Notes under the pieces: model-generated
Database searches by the model: none
What the model saw: the letters and a program-made list of their open reading frames with translations, nothing else
What the model was told of the DNA's origin: nothing
Assembly: GCA_043228905.1 (NCBI GenBank)
Contig: JBHGNT010000015.1
Coordinates: 13,764,001 to 13,828,000, forward strand
From: Azolla caroliniana
Taxonomy: Eukaryota > Plantae > Polypodiophyta
Length of the DNA stretch: 64,000 nt
Direction of reading: 5' to 3'
Translations under genes and position numbers: made by a program
Shown: piece after piece, positions 10,476 through 37,094 of the stretch
Layout: each line of letters opens with the position of its first letter
Position numbering within the stretch: position 1 is the stretch's first letter

Positions 10476-13400
10476 TCATTTGCTGGTCCCCCCCGATTTG
10501 TTCGGGTCGGTTCGTGTGGATACCGGATCCTTCTGTCGGTTTTCCGGGATAGTCTTCGTCAGTATCGGTGTCGGTTCTTCCTCGGTCCGAATATCTTCAG
10601 CAGCGTCTGTCGGTGTCGGTTCCTCATCTTGCCGGATTTCCGGGTTTCGCTTGAACGGGTTGGCTGGCATATTTCCCTTATACGGCTTTAGCCGAAATCC
10701 ATTTGCCCACTTGCCGATGACATCTCCAGACAACGTGCCGAGCTGATACGACCCATTGTACTCCTTGGTGATCCAGAACGGTCCGGTCCAATGAAACCGC
10801 AACTTTCCCGGCATGTTCCCCATCCGTGTCTGGAATAGTAGTACCGGTTTCCCGACTTCGAACTCCTTTTCATTGCCACGCCGGTGTCGGTCCACGAAGG
10901 CTTTTCTCCTCCTTTGCTCCAGTTCGAGTTGTAGTAAGCTGGCTATTTGGTTTTCCTCTAATTCCAACAACATTGCCAGCCGGATTCGTTCAGACTCGTT
11001 CTCACTTAAGCGCTCCTTCACCTGAATCCGTAAGCTGGGGATCTGGAACTCTACCGGCATGACCGCTTCTAACCCGAATGCTAGTCGGAACGGGGTTGTC
11101 CGGATGCTGGTTTTGTACGTTGTTCGGTATGCCCATAGCGCGCTTTGCAATTTCGTATCCCAGTCGGTCCGGTTCTCGTTGACGATTTTTCGTAGGATGT
11201 TCTGCAGAGTTTTGTTCGTTGATTCCGCTAGTCCATTGGCTTGAGGGTAGTAGGGTGTACTCTTTTTATGTACCACTGCGTAAAATGACGTCAGGCTTTC
11301 TACTACCTGCCCGAGAAAATGTCCTCCTTGGTCACTTATAAGCTCGATCGGGCAACCATACCGGCACCATATGCACTCGTACAGGAACTTTGTCGTGGAC
11401 GCGGCCGTGTTGTCCCGTAAGGCCTTTGCTTCTACCCATTTGGTGCAATAGTCAGTCACCACTATGACATACCGATTTCCGGTTCGCATTGCCGGTGGTT
11501 TGAAGGGACCGACAAAGTCCAACCCCCACTTTTGAAACGGTTCCAAGGGCAAGACCGGGTGGTGTGGCATCCGGGCCTGCTCTATGGGTTGGCCCAGTCG
11601 TTGACACAAATCGCATTCTCTGCTATACTTCACGGCATCTTTTAGGGTGGACGGCCACCACAGTCCGCTCTGCTATATTTTCCGAGCAGTTGCGTCGCCG
11701 GCATAATGCCCGCCGACAATTCCACAATGGGCTTCCCTGAGGATTAGATCCTTCTCATCGCTCCGCACTACTCGTCTCCAGATGCCATCTGCCCCCTTGT
11801 GATAGAGGGTGTCTCCAACCAAGCAGAAATGTCTACTTCTTACTGCTACCCTTTTCCTTTCATCGCGGTCCATGTTCTCCGGGGGAACTCCGGTGCTCAG
11901 GAACTGATGCATCTCAATTAGCCATGTGTCTTCATCGGCTACCGTTGTATCCGTTGCCGGTTTCGTCGTGATCCGGAACAATTCGGCGTCGGGAAACTCA
12001 TCCTGGACGCCGTCCCCTGCTTCTCCGGATTCGAGTCTGCTTAGATAGTCCGCTACCGCATGCTGCGCCCCGGGTCGGTGGAAAATGTCGAATTCAAATT
12101 CCTATAGCAGCAGTGTCCACCGTGCAATTTTTCCAGTCAGGGATGCCTTCGAGACCAGGTAGAGTAGTGCCGAATGGTCGACATGGAAGGAAAACTTCCT
12201 TCCGAGCAGATAGTGCCTATACTTTGTGACACTATACACCATTCCCAATGCCTCGCGTTCCGTCGTAGAGTAATTCCGTTCGGCTTTTGAGAGTTTCCGG
12301 CTTGCGTAGTACACCGGTCGGTACCATTTTGGCTCCGTGAGTTGCATCAGAACGTTGCCGATTGCTACGTCCGACGCGTCGACGAAGACGTGAAAGCTTT
12401 TACTCCAATCCGGCGGTTGCACCACCGGAGCTTGCGACAGCATAACCTTCAACGCTTTGTAGGATTCCTCCTCCGTCTCCGCCCATAGGAAGGGTACCCT
12501 ATGTACGGCGGTATGTAACGGTGTAGCGAAGTCTGCGAGGTGCCGTATCATCCGGCTATGCCACCTTATTTGGCCCAGGAACCGGCTTAAAGCCTTTGCG
12601 TTACTTGGTGCTAGTGCCTCGAGAATCGCCTTGACTTTATCCGGATCTACCGCGATTCCTTCCTTACTCACCACGTGCCCTAACAAGTTGCCGCTTGCCA
12701 CTCCAAAGACGCACTTGGCCGGGTTCAGGCTCAATCGATACTCGCGGCACTTCTCCAAGCACAGCCGGAGGTGATCGAGATGCTCTCCGTGCCGGCTGTA
12801 GACCGCGAAATCGTCAAGGAATACCTGCATAAAACCGGGGATATATTCCCCGAAAATTTCCATTATTATCCTTTGAAAGGTCGCTGGAGCCGTCTTTAGT
12901 CCGAACATCATCACGACCGCGACGAACACTCCCCATTCCGTCACGAACGTTGTCTTCTCTTGGTCGGCCGGGTTCATTCGTATTTGGTTGTAGCCGCTAA
13001 ATCCATCTAGGAAGCTGTAAACTTCGTGCCCGGCTACCGCATCTAACACCCCGTCCGTAAATGGTAGTGGAAACGCATCGGTCACTGTTGCGGCATTCAG
13101 TTTTCGGTAGTCCACGCATACCCGGATTTTGCCGTTCTTTTTCGGGACCACCACTATCGGACTCAGCCAGGTTGCCTGCTTGACCGGTTGGATAAATCCG
13201 ACCCGGAGGAGCTTATCAATTTCCTCCTTCACCTTTGCCGCATAATTCGGATTCATCCGGTACCTGCGTTGCGCAATCGGTTTTGCGTTCGTACTTAGGT
13301 GAATTTGGTGCTGATAGAGCTGGGGGTCCAGCCCTCGCATGTCTTCGTACGACCACGCGAACACATCCTTGAAGTCTGTTAACAATGCTACCATTGCCTT

Positions 13401-16186
13401 CTTTTCTTCCTTCGGTAATTCCTTTGCAACATTTACCGGTCGGGGCTTGTCTGCTGTGCCGAGGTCCACCTCCTCGAGTTGGGATGCTTTTACCCTCTAG
13501 GATATCGTCATTTCCCTCTCTAGGGATTCCTGCGCTTGTCGCAGTTCCCGGATCGCCGCTTGGTCCGGTTCTTCCGGCGTCGTAATGTATGGTTCTACTG
13601 CAGCCGTGATATCCACCTCAAATAGTGGGACGATTCGTGGGTGTTCCTCGAGGTACCGCTCGACTTCCTCGTCCGGTAATCCCTCCAACATGTTAATGCT
13701 TTCCGCATACAATGGAGTTGCTTCCTTACTGGTGATCACCTGTGGTTGCGTCGTTACTCGTACCTTTGTTTTTCCTCGCCGGAATGTGATCATGTTCTTT
13801 TGCCAGTTCTGCTTGATATGCGTCGTTCGCAGCCATGGTCGTCCTAGCAGTAGGGGGTACGCGCCTTGTACATTAAGCTACAGCACCACGGTCGATATCC
13901 GGAATACGTGGCCTCCGATCGTTATTTCCAAATCCCGGATAAGCCCGGTCGGTCGGACTGAGCTAGTATCCGCCATGCGTAACCAGAAGGGGCATGGTTC
14001 CCATTCCCGGATGCCCAGGTTGTTGCATGTCTGTTGGCTGATGACATTTACCCCGAAGCCTCCGTCAATAATCGTTCCAGCAATTTCCTTTCCTTTCACG
14101 ATTGCCGTGATCGCCGGGCTACTTGTATCGACCACCGCTAGTCCTTCCTCCGGGTTGGAGAAGAATGCCGGTGCTGGCGTCGGCTTCGGTTTGCTGACGG
14201 ATGCCTGTAGGTCTGCCGTAAATCGTGGCACTAACTGTAGTAGTCGTGCTAACGGCAGCACGATTTGACAGTCCTGTAGCGCTTGCCACGTCGGGTTTTC
14301 TCCTGGCTGTATGATTTCTTCGTCTTTTGGCATATTTTGGTCTCTTACTTCTGCCACATTCTGTTCATTGGCCTCCTTGATCCATTGTGTCGCTTGTTTT
14401 CTGATTGCCTCCTGGGCTTCCCACTCAGCGGTCTTTCCCTTTGACCGGGTTGTGACCTGCTGTACTTCTGTTATTTCGGCTGTAACCATGTTGACTTCCG
14501 GCTGCTTGTCATAGCTTTTGCTTGGGCATTGGTTACTATAGTGGCCTTCCTTGCGGCAATAATAACAGTACACCTTGTGACTGTTGCTCGTTTCTGCTTT
14601 GTCCCCGGTTTGGAGGGTGGGTATGCTCCGGCGGTCGTCTTCGGTTTTTCGGTTATCCGGTACCGATACCTGGTTGTCATTCCTTGCTGCCTCCCGACGT
14701 TCCTCTCTTCGGAAAAATCCACGCTTCTGATTCCGTCGGAAATTTTGGTTCCCTTGTCGCCTCTCTTCTCTGCGTCGGTCGTATTCCGGGGCTTCGTCTC
14801 GGTCGTACCGGTCCCGGGGGTAGCTATCTTTGCGTCTCTCCTCTCGGTCATAGTTGTCGCGTCTTCTATCAGCGTATCCTTGTCGCCTCTCTTCTCTGCG
14901 TCGGTCGTCTTCCGGGGATTCATCTCTGTCGTACCGGTCCCGGGGGTAGCTATCTCTGCGTCTCTCCTCTCGGTCATAGTTGTCGCGTCTTCTATCAGCG
15001 TATCTGTTACCGCGTTCGCGTTGGTAGCGGTCGTCTCTCCGGAATCGATCCTCGTCCGGGTTCTGATTGCGCGGTTCTATGTGTCGAACCGGTGTTGCCT
15101 GCCGATTTAACAGGTTATATTCGCATCGGTCCGTTGTATGGGCTCGAGAGTTGCAGATCACACATTGTGTCCGCAGGGTGCAGTCTACTGTTGAGTGCCC
15201 CGAATTTAGGCATGTTGTACATTGTAAGGCCTGTCGGAACCTCAGGTCTTCCTCCTTTGGGAGTGCCCGGTGTAACATCCCCATCGACAAGAAGGGGCTA
15301 GTCTTGTCCATTTCTAAAACCCGATCAATAACTTGGTCCATTGTGCTGGTTTGGAAATCAAGGACTCCGCACATTGTTCGAAGTGGCTCTTTCAGTGCGG
15401 CCAGAAAGACTGCTTTGGTTTCGTCTTCGGGTGGTGCTCTTGTCAGTTGGCTGTGCAGGGTCTGGAACCGAATGATGAATTGTGGCATAGTCTCGTTCTC
15501 TTCCTACCGGGTGGTGTAGAACTGCCCGACCAATTCCCTTTGCTCAAATTGTCTGTGAAAAAACCTGAGGAATCTGGCCTTCAAGGCATCGAATGTGGCA
15601 AAGGTGCATGGTAAGTGCTTTGCGTGCCATTGGGCCGCCGGTCCTTCTAAGGTTATGCCGAATTCGGCGATTTTGGATCGTTCGGCTTCAGGCTCCGTCA
15701 GTCTTTGGGAGATATGGTTGGCTTCCCATGTTTGGAGGAATGCGTACACGTGTGCCTCCGCGTCGGTTGCCGGTCACCGAATTCCAGGGTTCTTTCTTCC
15801 TCTGGCGCCGGTGTTACTGAGTCTTCCGACCCCTCGTCCTCCCGGTCGTTTGGTGTGTCGTGGCTGCTTTTATACCGGGATGCAACGCTTCCGTCGCTTT
15901 CCGACTCCGCCTCAAGTGTTGCGAATGCTTCCGAGTCCCCGTCGCCCGCGGCGAGCGTCTGCAGTATCGTTTCCGCCTCTTGCAGGCTTGTTATGCTATT
16001 GCCTTCGTCGGGGATTTGCAGAACCCGGAACTGCAGTGCTTCTTCTGCGACTCTCTGAAGAGTTTTGGAGAATGACCGATCCCGCCGGATCTCGTCGACG
16101 GCTTGCTGCAGGGCTTCCCGTCGTTGCTCGCGTTCGGTGTATCGTCTCCCTCGTTCGGTGATGTGGTCGTTGTTTGGTCTAGACAT
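10476..16186 (-). pseudogene. Gypsy gag-pol polyprotein (Gag with three CCHC knuckles, PR, RT, RNase H, integrase)
   Basis: ORFs 15504-15749, 13878-15488, 13497-13793, 12102-13469, 11673-11981 and 10476-11633 are in one frame, split by five TAG stops; frameshift near 15770. Motifs IIDGGFGVN, LLLGRPWL, VCVDYRKLN, FLDDFAVY, FVDASD...NYSTTEREAL, WGLDFVGPF...ISDQGGHF...NGLAESTNK. Confidence 0.95.
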
Positions 16187-16220
16187 CCATCCCCCGGTTG
16201 TCCTCTGCACTTTGCAGGAA

Positions 16221-16232
16221 TCGTGGTCGCCA
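16221..16232 (-). other. Gypsy primer-binding site (probably tRNA-Arg)
   Basis: Minus strand TGGCGACCACGA lies 6 nt inside the 5' LTR. TGGCGACCAC complements the 3' end of plant tRNA-Arg(UCG)-type tRNAs as I recall them; Arg primers are typical of Tat/Ogre-type elements. Confidence 0.7.
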
Positions 16233-16238
16233 AAATAG

Positions 16239-16628
16239 TGTTGTCTGTCTGGCCGGACTAGCCTCAACACAGGTGTCTATCCGACACTTCTCCAAAGGGG
16301 TGGTAAGGATTGGATGCTAGGTTACACGCATAAGATGATTACAATTAAGCACAGACGGTAAACAATACCAGATACAGATAAGCACGCAATAATTACTATT
16401 GTATTACTTCCGTCAAAACACTTTACAAATCATCGGATCCTTTTATAGGCATCCGGCAAGGTTACAATCGGTGCGCTTAGGCAACCGACATCCGAATCGG
16501 TCCGGATTCGGATCGGTACAACTGTACCGGATCCGTCCCTCCGAATAATAATTCTACTATTATTTACTTCCTATTATCTGATCCGATTCCGCCTTCCCAC
16601 TTGTCCTTGCTCTTCTGACCGGCCAACA
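16239..16628 (-). repeat. Gypsy 5' LTR
   Basis: Copy of 6675-7064. Adjacent to the PBS. TATAAAA on minus near 16441-16447. Confidence 0.95.
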
Positions 16629-16633
16629 GGATG

Positions 16634-18321
16634 AAGAGCAAATGGAGGAACCGGTTACCGAAGCCCGAAGACGTAGATATCCTCTCAGAGAGAGAAGGGC
16701 GCCCCGGAGATTTCCGGATGCAGAGCATGTCCTGCTGACCGATGAGGGGGAGCCGGAAAGCTTCGAAGAAGCGAAGGAAGACGCCCACAACCGAAAATGG
16801 TTAAGTGCCATGCAGGATGAGATGGATTCCTTGCATGAGAACCATACGTACGAATTGGTGGAGCTGCCGAAAGGAAAGCGGGCACTCCGAAACAAGTGGG
16901 TGTTCAAGTTGAAACCAGGAGATGCCGGCAACCCCCCGAGATACAAAGCCAGGATCGTGGTGAAGGGGTTCCAGCAGAAGAAGGGCGTGGACTTCGACGA
17001 AATATTCGCCCCGGTAGTAAAGATGACCTCCATCCGGACGGTGCTGAGTATAGCAGCAAGCATGGATCTCGAGGTAGAGCAGCTGGACGTGAAGACGACA
17101 TTCCTCCACGGCGACCTCGAAGAGGAAATCTACATGCAGCAACCGGAAGGATTTGTGGAGAAAGGGAAGGAGCACCTGGTATGCCGGTTGAAGAAGAGCC
17201 TGTACGGACTGAAGCAGGCTCCCCGGCAATGGTACCAGAAGTTCGACTCCTTCATGACCGATCAAGGGTACCATAAGACGCAGGCCGATCACTGCGTGTT
17301 CGTGAAGAAGTTCGAAGGAGGGGACTTCCTGATACTTCTCTTGTACGTGGATGACATGTTGATCGTCAGACGAGACCAAGGCAAAATATGGATGCTGAAG
17401 AAGGCTCTCAACCGGACCTTCTCAATGAAAGACTTGGGTCCGGCAAGACAAATGTTGGGGATACACATCATTCGGGACCGGTCAGTGAAGCAATTATGGC
17501 TGTCACAGGAGAAGTATGTGACAAAGGTGCTTCACCGGTTCAACATGTCAGATGCAAAACCGGTCGGATCGACACTTCCGGCAAACTGCAAGTTGTCCGG
17601 CAAGCAAAGCCCGAAGACAAAAGGAGAGAAGGCAGATATGATGAAGATTCCATATGCCTCTGCCGTCGGGAGCTTGATGTATGCAATGGTTTGTACCCGA
17701 CCGGACATTGGATACGCAGTCGGAGTGGTGAGCCGGTTCATGAGTAATCCCGGCAAGGAGCATTGGAACGCGGTCAAATGGATACTCCGGTATTTGAAGG
17801 GCACTTCAAATATGTGTCTCCAATTCGGCTCCGGGAAACCTCAACTGGACGGTTTCACCGATTCGGACATGTCGGCTGATGTGGATACCAGCCGGTCTAC
17901 ATCCGGGTATGTGATGACATATGCAGGGGGAGCTGTTTCGTGGTAGTCGAGGCTGCAGAAGACGGTTGCATTGTCAACCATAGAGGCGGAGTACATGGCG
18001 ACTGTAGAAGCCGACAAGGAAATATTATGGATGAAGGACTTCATCGGAGAGCTCGGTATCCGGCAAGAGGAATACCGACTCTACTGCGACAGTCAAAGTG
18101 CCATCCACTTTGCTAAGAATGCGGCCTACCATTCCCGGACGAAGCATATCCAGCGGAGGTATCACTGGATCCGGGAAAGGGTAGATGACCAGGAGTTCGC
18201 ACTGACGAAGATCCACACGGGCGAGAACGGGTCAGATATGCTGACCAAAGTGCTGACACCCGACAAGCTGGACGCATGCCGGAAGAGGATCAGGCTGGAA
18301 AGACACCCCATGCCGGAGTGA
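16634..18321 (+). pseudogene. Copia polyprotein, 3' part: RT and RNase H
   Basis: Continues 4301-6674 in frame once the Gypsy and one TSD are removed (about 1353 codons in total). Motifs YKARIVVKGF, QLDVKTTFLHG, LYGLKQAPRQW, LLYVDDMLI, TKHIQRRYHWIRE. In-frame TAG at 17944-17946 (AVSW*SRLQ). Confidence 0.95.
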
Positions 18322-18331
18322 AGGGGGAGTT

Positions 18332-19004
18332 TGTTGGGAAACAGGTCCCTCCGGATGGGAAGGGAGAAGAACAGTGCCGACGAACAAACTCGGCCGAGGC
18401 CGAAACGGTATGAACCGGATGGGGAGTACCCGACTGCGGAGAGCCGGATGGTGTAGGCCCGGTATGAACCAGATGGGGAGTACCCGACTACGGAGAGCCG
18501 GATGGTGCAGGCCCGGTATGAACCGGAGGAAGAGACATATTCGTAAATATGTTTCTGAGAGCCCATCGAGGCTACATTTGTAAATAGCCGAAAAGTCATA
18601 TTAGTATAAATATGACTTAGGGCAAACTTTTAGTGGTGTCGTTTTTGTTGTTGTTATTCTTCCTTGTTGGTGCAAGAAGAAGATAGAGCGCGGAACTGTA
18701 CAGAGAGAGAGAGAGAGAGAGAGAGATGAGGTCGTTGCCTCTGTTGTAACCGCCGCCTGTGGCGAAGATCTGAGAGCACGAGGTCGTTGCCTCAGTGAAC
18801 TCACTGTTGTATATTCCTACATAGTGACAGTTTGCAGCCTGTGGGCTGCCGTGGTTTTTTCCCCTATTTTGGGGTTTTCCACGTAAACCTCCTGTGTACC
18901 ATTTCTCCCCATTGTGTCGCGTTTCATTACCTGTTTTTTCTGTGTATGAAAAGAATCTCGGTTGTGGCCGATCGTCAGACATAAGGAACTACGAGTTCTC
19001 GACA
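18332..19004 (+). repeat. Copia 3' LTR (673 bp; two copies of the 54-bp unit)
   Basis: Preceded by PPT AAGGGGGAG (18321-18329). Matches the 5' LTR apart from one fewer 54-bp unit, a longer AG run, a 5-bp indel and four C/T changes. Confidence 0.95.
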
Positions 19005-19087
19005 TGTTAGAGGTTGGGAGCAAGGCTCATATAATTGGTGTCCATTGGAGGCGATGAATCGCCAATGTGTATATGTAACATTTGTAG

Positions 19088-19480
19088 TAGAAGAGGAGCT
19101 TAACAATTGGCAACAATTCGGTTCGGTTCGAAAGTTAGGTCAAAATTCAAAATTTAAAAATTTAAAATTCTCAATATTATTTCAAAATTTAAAGATTATT
19201 CTTAAAATATCAAAATTAGGCTAAAGAATGGAAAGGTTTTTAAAAAAATATTCAAGAAAATAACCAAAGTGTTAACCCTAAACCTCCAAACCATGTAAAC
19301 CGTTGAAACAACAGTTTCAAATAATGTAATCTGTTTAAACCACGGTTTCAAATCGCGTAAACTGGACAACACTAAGCCAACAAAGGGCTCAAACTGAACC
19401 GAACCGTTTACAAAAACTTGATCCTAAACCCGAGCCGACCCAAACCGTTTAAACCATTAAGCCGTTAATCGAGATTGCGA
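19088..19480. mobile_element. MITE-like element rich in AAACCG/CGGTTT motifs (related to 36511-36970 in opposite orientation)
   Basis: The end TGGCAACAATTCGGTTCGGTTCGA resembles the reverse complement of TCGAACCGAACCGTTGCCGA near 36951-36970. Shared AT-rich core. No TSD resolved. Confidence 0.55.
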
Positions 19481-19656
19481 GAGGAGCTCACCCATTTGGG
19501 GGCAGAAATGATTAGAATGGCAGAAATTTAGTTAAGAAAGCTATTTTTAGTTAAGAAAGCTATTTTTAGTTTAGCAGCCTCTCAAGTGGGGTAAGTCATC
19601 AAAGGAAGGAAGGAAAGGAAGGAAAGGAAGGAAGGAAGGAAAGAGCAGGGGAAACG

Positions 19657-34870
<15,214 letters not shown>

Positions 34871-35710
34871 CTACAAAACTCAGGAGTCTATTCAAACATT
34901 GTGAGTACAAGAGATTCTATTATTTTTGGTGGCTGGTAAATCGCCACCACTCCATTTGCATTGTATCTCATTTCCTACCCTAGGGTCCCCAAGTAAATGA
35001 GTTGGTCCTTTTGAGCGAGATGAACTATTGTAGTAAATTGCCGTTTGTAAAAGGTTTCTTTGTTCCCTCAATCTTCTTAAATCTGTCTAGGAAGCGTTTC
35101 AGTAAAAGTAGATGTTGCCTCTAACATCATAGAAAACAGATTTGCACCTTCCATTCACCTTCTCCTGTAAAACTTTTCATTTCTCCAAAGTGGTTTCGTT
35201 ATTAATTTAGTTGCATTCTTTCCTATCTTAAGTTGGTTTCAGTTATCTACATAGATGTCTCCTCAACACAAATTCGTCCAACATTTGCTTCATAAATATG
35301 GTTTCACGTGTAGCTTTTTGCTACTTCTCTATATATGGTGTTTGAAGTGCTTCATTTCACAATAGGTACCTTTGTGAAGTCAATTTAAACTTCAAATGGT
35401 TTCCAATGCTAAATTCCATGATCAGCTATTTCTTTCATGACAAAGCTACAATACTGTTGTGAAGGGAATAACAGAGAATTCCAAATTATGCATTTACTTC
35501 TTGGATTTCTTGTCCAATTCAATATTATGAAACAAGTTGATAAATAGGTAAACATTAGTCTCTAATAATAGTTTGTGGGGAATGTGAGCAATTAATGATT
35601 GAAAGGAAGACCCTATTTTGTAGATTACTGAAAATACCTTATGTTTTGTAGATTGCTACTAATCAACTCAAAAAATTGATGTGGTAGTCACGAACTTATG
35701 ATGGGGTTTT

Positions 35711-35992
35711 TAGCAATGGGCCCGGTTTCAGCTCAAACCGAACCAAACCATTAAACTGTGGCTTAATAGTTTATTGGTTTGAAGATAAAAAACTGTTTGG
35801 TTAGGTTTCTAATGTTACTGTTCGGTTCGGTTTGGTTTTGAAATTCATGGTTTAGCAGTTTATCGGCTTATTGGTTTTGGTTTAAAGGTTTATATGTTAA
35901 ATAAATTTGTTAAGTTTTTATTATGAAATAAATGGTTTGGTTTCAAGGCCAAGAAATTGAATTGAACCGAAATTGAGTCGGGCCCATTGCTA
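35711..35992. mobile_element. hAT-type MITE
   Basis: 14-bp perfect TIRs TAGCAATGGGCCCG/CGGGCCCATTGCTA and 8-bp TSD GGGGTTTT (35703-35710, 35993-36000); an 8-bp TSD is typical of hAT. Confidence 0.92.
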
Positions 35993-36510
35993 GGGGTTTT
36001 GTAGATATTTTATTTTTCATTGAAAGTTTAAACAAGATCTCATGTGTATAATATATGTATCATGGATCAATAATTCTCATAAATCTTTACTTTTTCATTG
36101 AAATGTTAAACCTTATCTTTTGTGTGTAATACGTATGGAAAGAGTTTAAGAAATATGGTAACATACAAAGAGCATTCTAACTTAGCCATTCCCATCTTTT
36201 GAGGAACGATCTTGGATAGTTGCAATCGAAACATATGTGAGAATGGTTGTACATTGCATTGAGATAGTGCAAGGTGAAGTTGGAACTCATTCTAAAATCT
36301 CTCGAGCAACTTTCATGTATTCTCATCAGTGGGTTGAGGCATGTGTTTTCAACAGTTTGATCATTCTTTTGATATGATTTATTTAATGAAAATGGTATTT
36401 TTTAAAGCTATTCTTTACTTGAAATTTGGTGACACCAAAATATCCTTCTTCTATGTGAAGCCCATGATTTGTCTCAAAGCATGCCATCATGCAACGCTGC
36501 TTTAAAATAC

Positions 36511-36970
36511 TAGCAAACCGCAATAGTTTGGTTTGAACCACATCGAACCTTAAAACAACAGCTTAATGGTTTAAATGGTCCAGTTCAAGTTTAGGTTTTT
36601 GTAAATGGTTTGGTTTCAGTTTAGTTCGGTTTGGGGGTTCAACTATTCAGTTTGAGCCTTTTTGGCTTAATGATTTTTGTTTAAAATGGTTTGATGGTTT
36701 AGGATTGACACTTGATAATTTTCTTAAATATTGTTTTTAGCATTTTAAGCCTAATTTTGATATTGTATATTTTAAGAAAAATCTTTAGAAATTAAAATTT
36801 GAAATACTGAAAATTTTAAAATTCGACCTAACATTGAAATTTTGAAGGTCCGAAATCTCTAAAACCGTTTGGTTCAAGCTAGAATTTTTCGTAACAGTTT
36901 GGTTTTAACTATTTGGGTTTAAACGGTTTCATGGTTTTGGTTTGACACTCTCGAACCGAACCGTTGCCGA
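36511..36970. mobile_element. MITE-like element (hAT-related, AACCG-rich)
   Basis: Starts TAGCAA like the hAT MITE TIR, contains GGTTT/AAACC repeats, and is the inverted relative of 19088-19480. Confidence 0.55.
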
Positions 36971-36976
36971 TTATAC

Positions 36977-37094
36977 GTTTGGTGCATCAGAGTATTGCCA
37001 CAGGTAATGTAACTAGTTTGGTGCATCAAAGTATTGCCACAGGTAATGTAACTAATTTGGTGCATCAGAGTATTGCCACAAGTAACGTAACTAG
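36977..37094. repeat. 39-bp tandem repeat, 3 copies, upstream of PET100
   Basis: Unit GTTTGGTGCATCAGAGTATTGCCACAGGTAATGTAACTA; 13-aa period in ORF 36964-37212. Confidence 0.9.

Larger units (their letters stand above)
6675..16628 (-). mobile_element. Full-length Ty3/Gypsy LTR retrotransposon (non-chromovirus, Athila/Tat-related type with extra 3' ORF) nested in the Copia
   Basis: 390-bp LTRs 6675-7064 and 16239-16628, with one mismatch seen. TSD GGATG (6670-6674, 16629-16633). PBS TGGCGACCACGA. Order gag-PR-RT-RH-INT on minus, no chromodomain, extra ORF before the 3' LTR. Confidence 0.96.
3555..19004 (+). mobile_element. Full-length Ty1/Copia LTR retrotransposon (Tnt1/Tork-like), interrupted by a nested Gypsy
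   Basis: Two TG...CA LTRs (3555-4270, 18332-19004). TSD TGTTA at 3550-3554 and 19005-19009. PBS TGGTATCAGAGC, PPT AAGGGGGAG. Domain order gag-PR-INT-RT-RH. Confidence 0.97.

Noticed and set aside
7267-16161. Many overlapping plus-strand ORFs inside the Gypsy, and minus-strand ORFs inside the Copia elements
   Set aside because: These are shadow ORFs from GC-rich, biased coding sequence, with no recognisable motifs.
10476-16186. Programmed amber readthrough or U-to-C editing restoring gag-pol
   Set aside because: The stops are scattered, share no readthrough context and occur with frameshifts. Plant U-to-C editing is organellar. Mutation is the simpler explanation.
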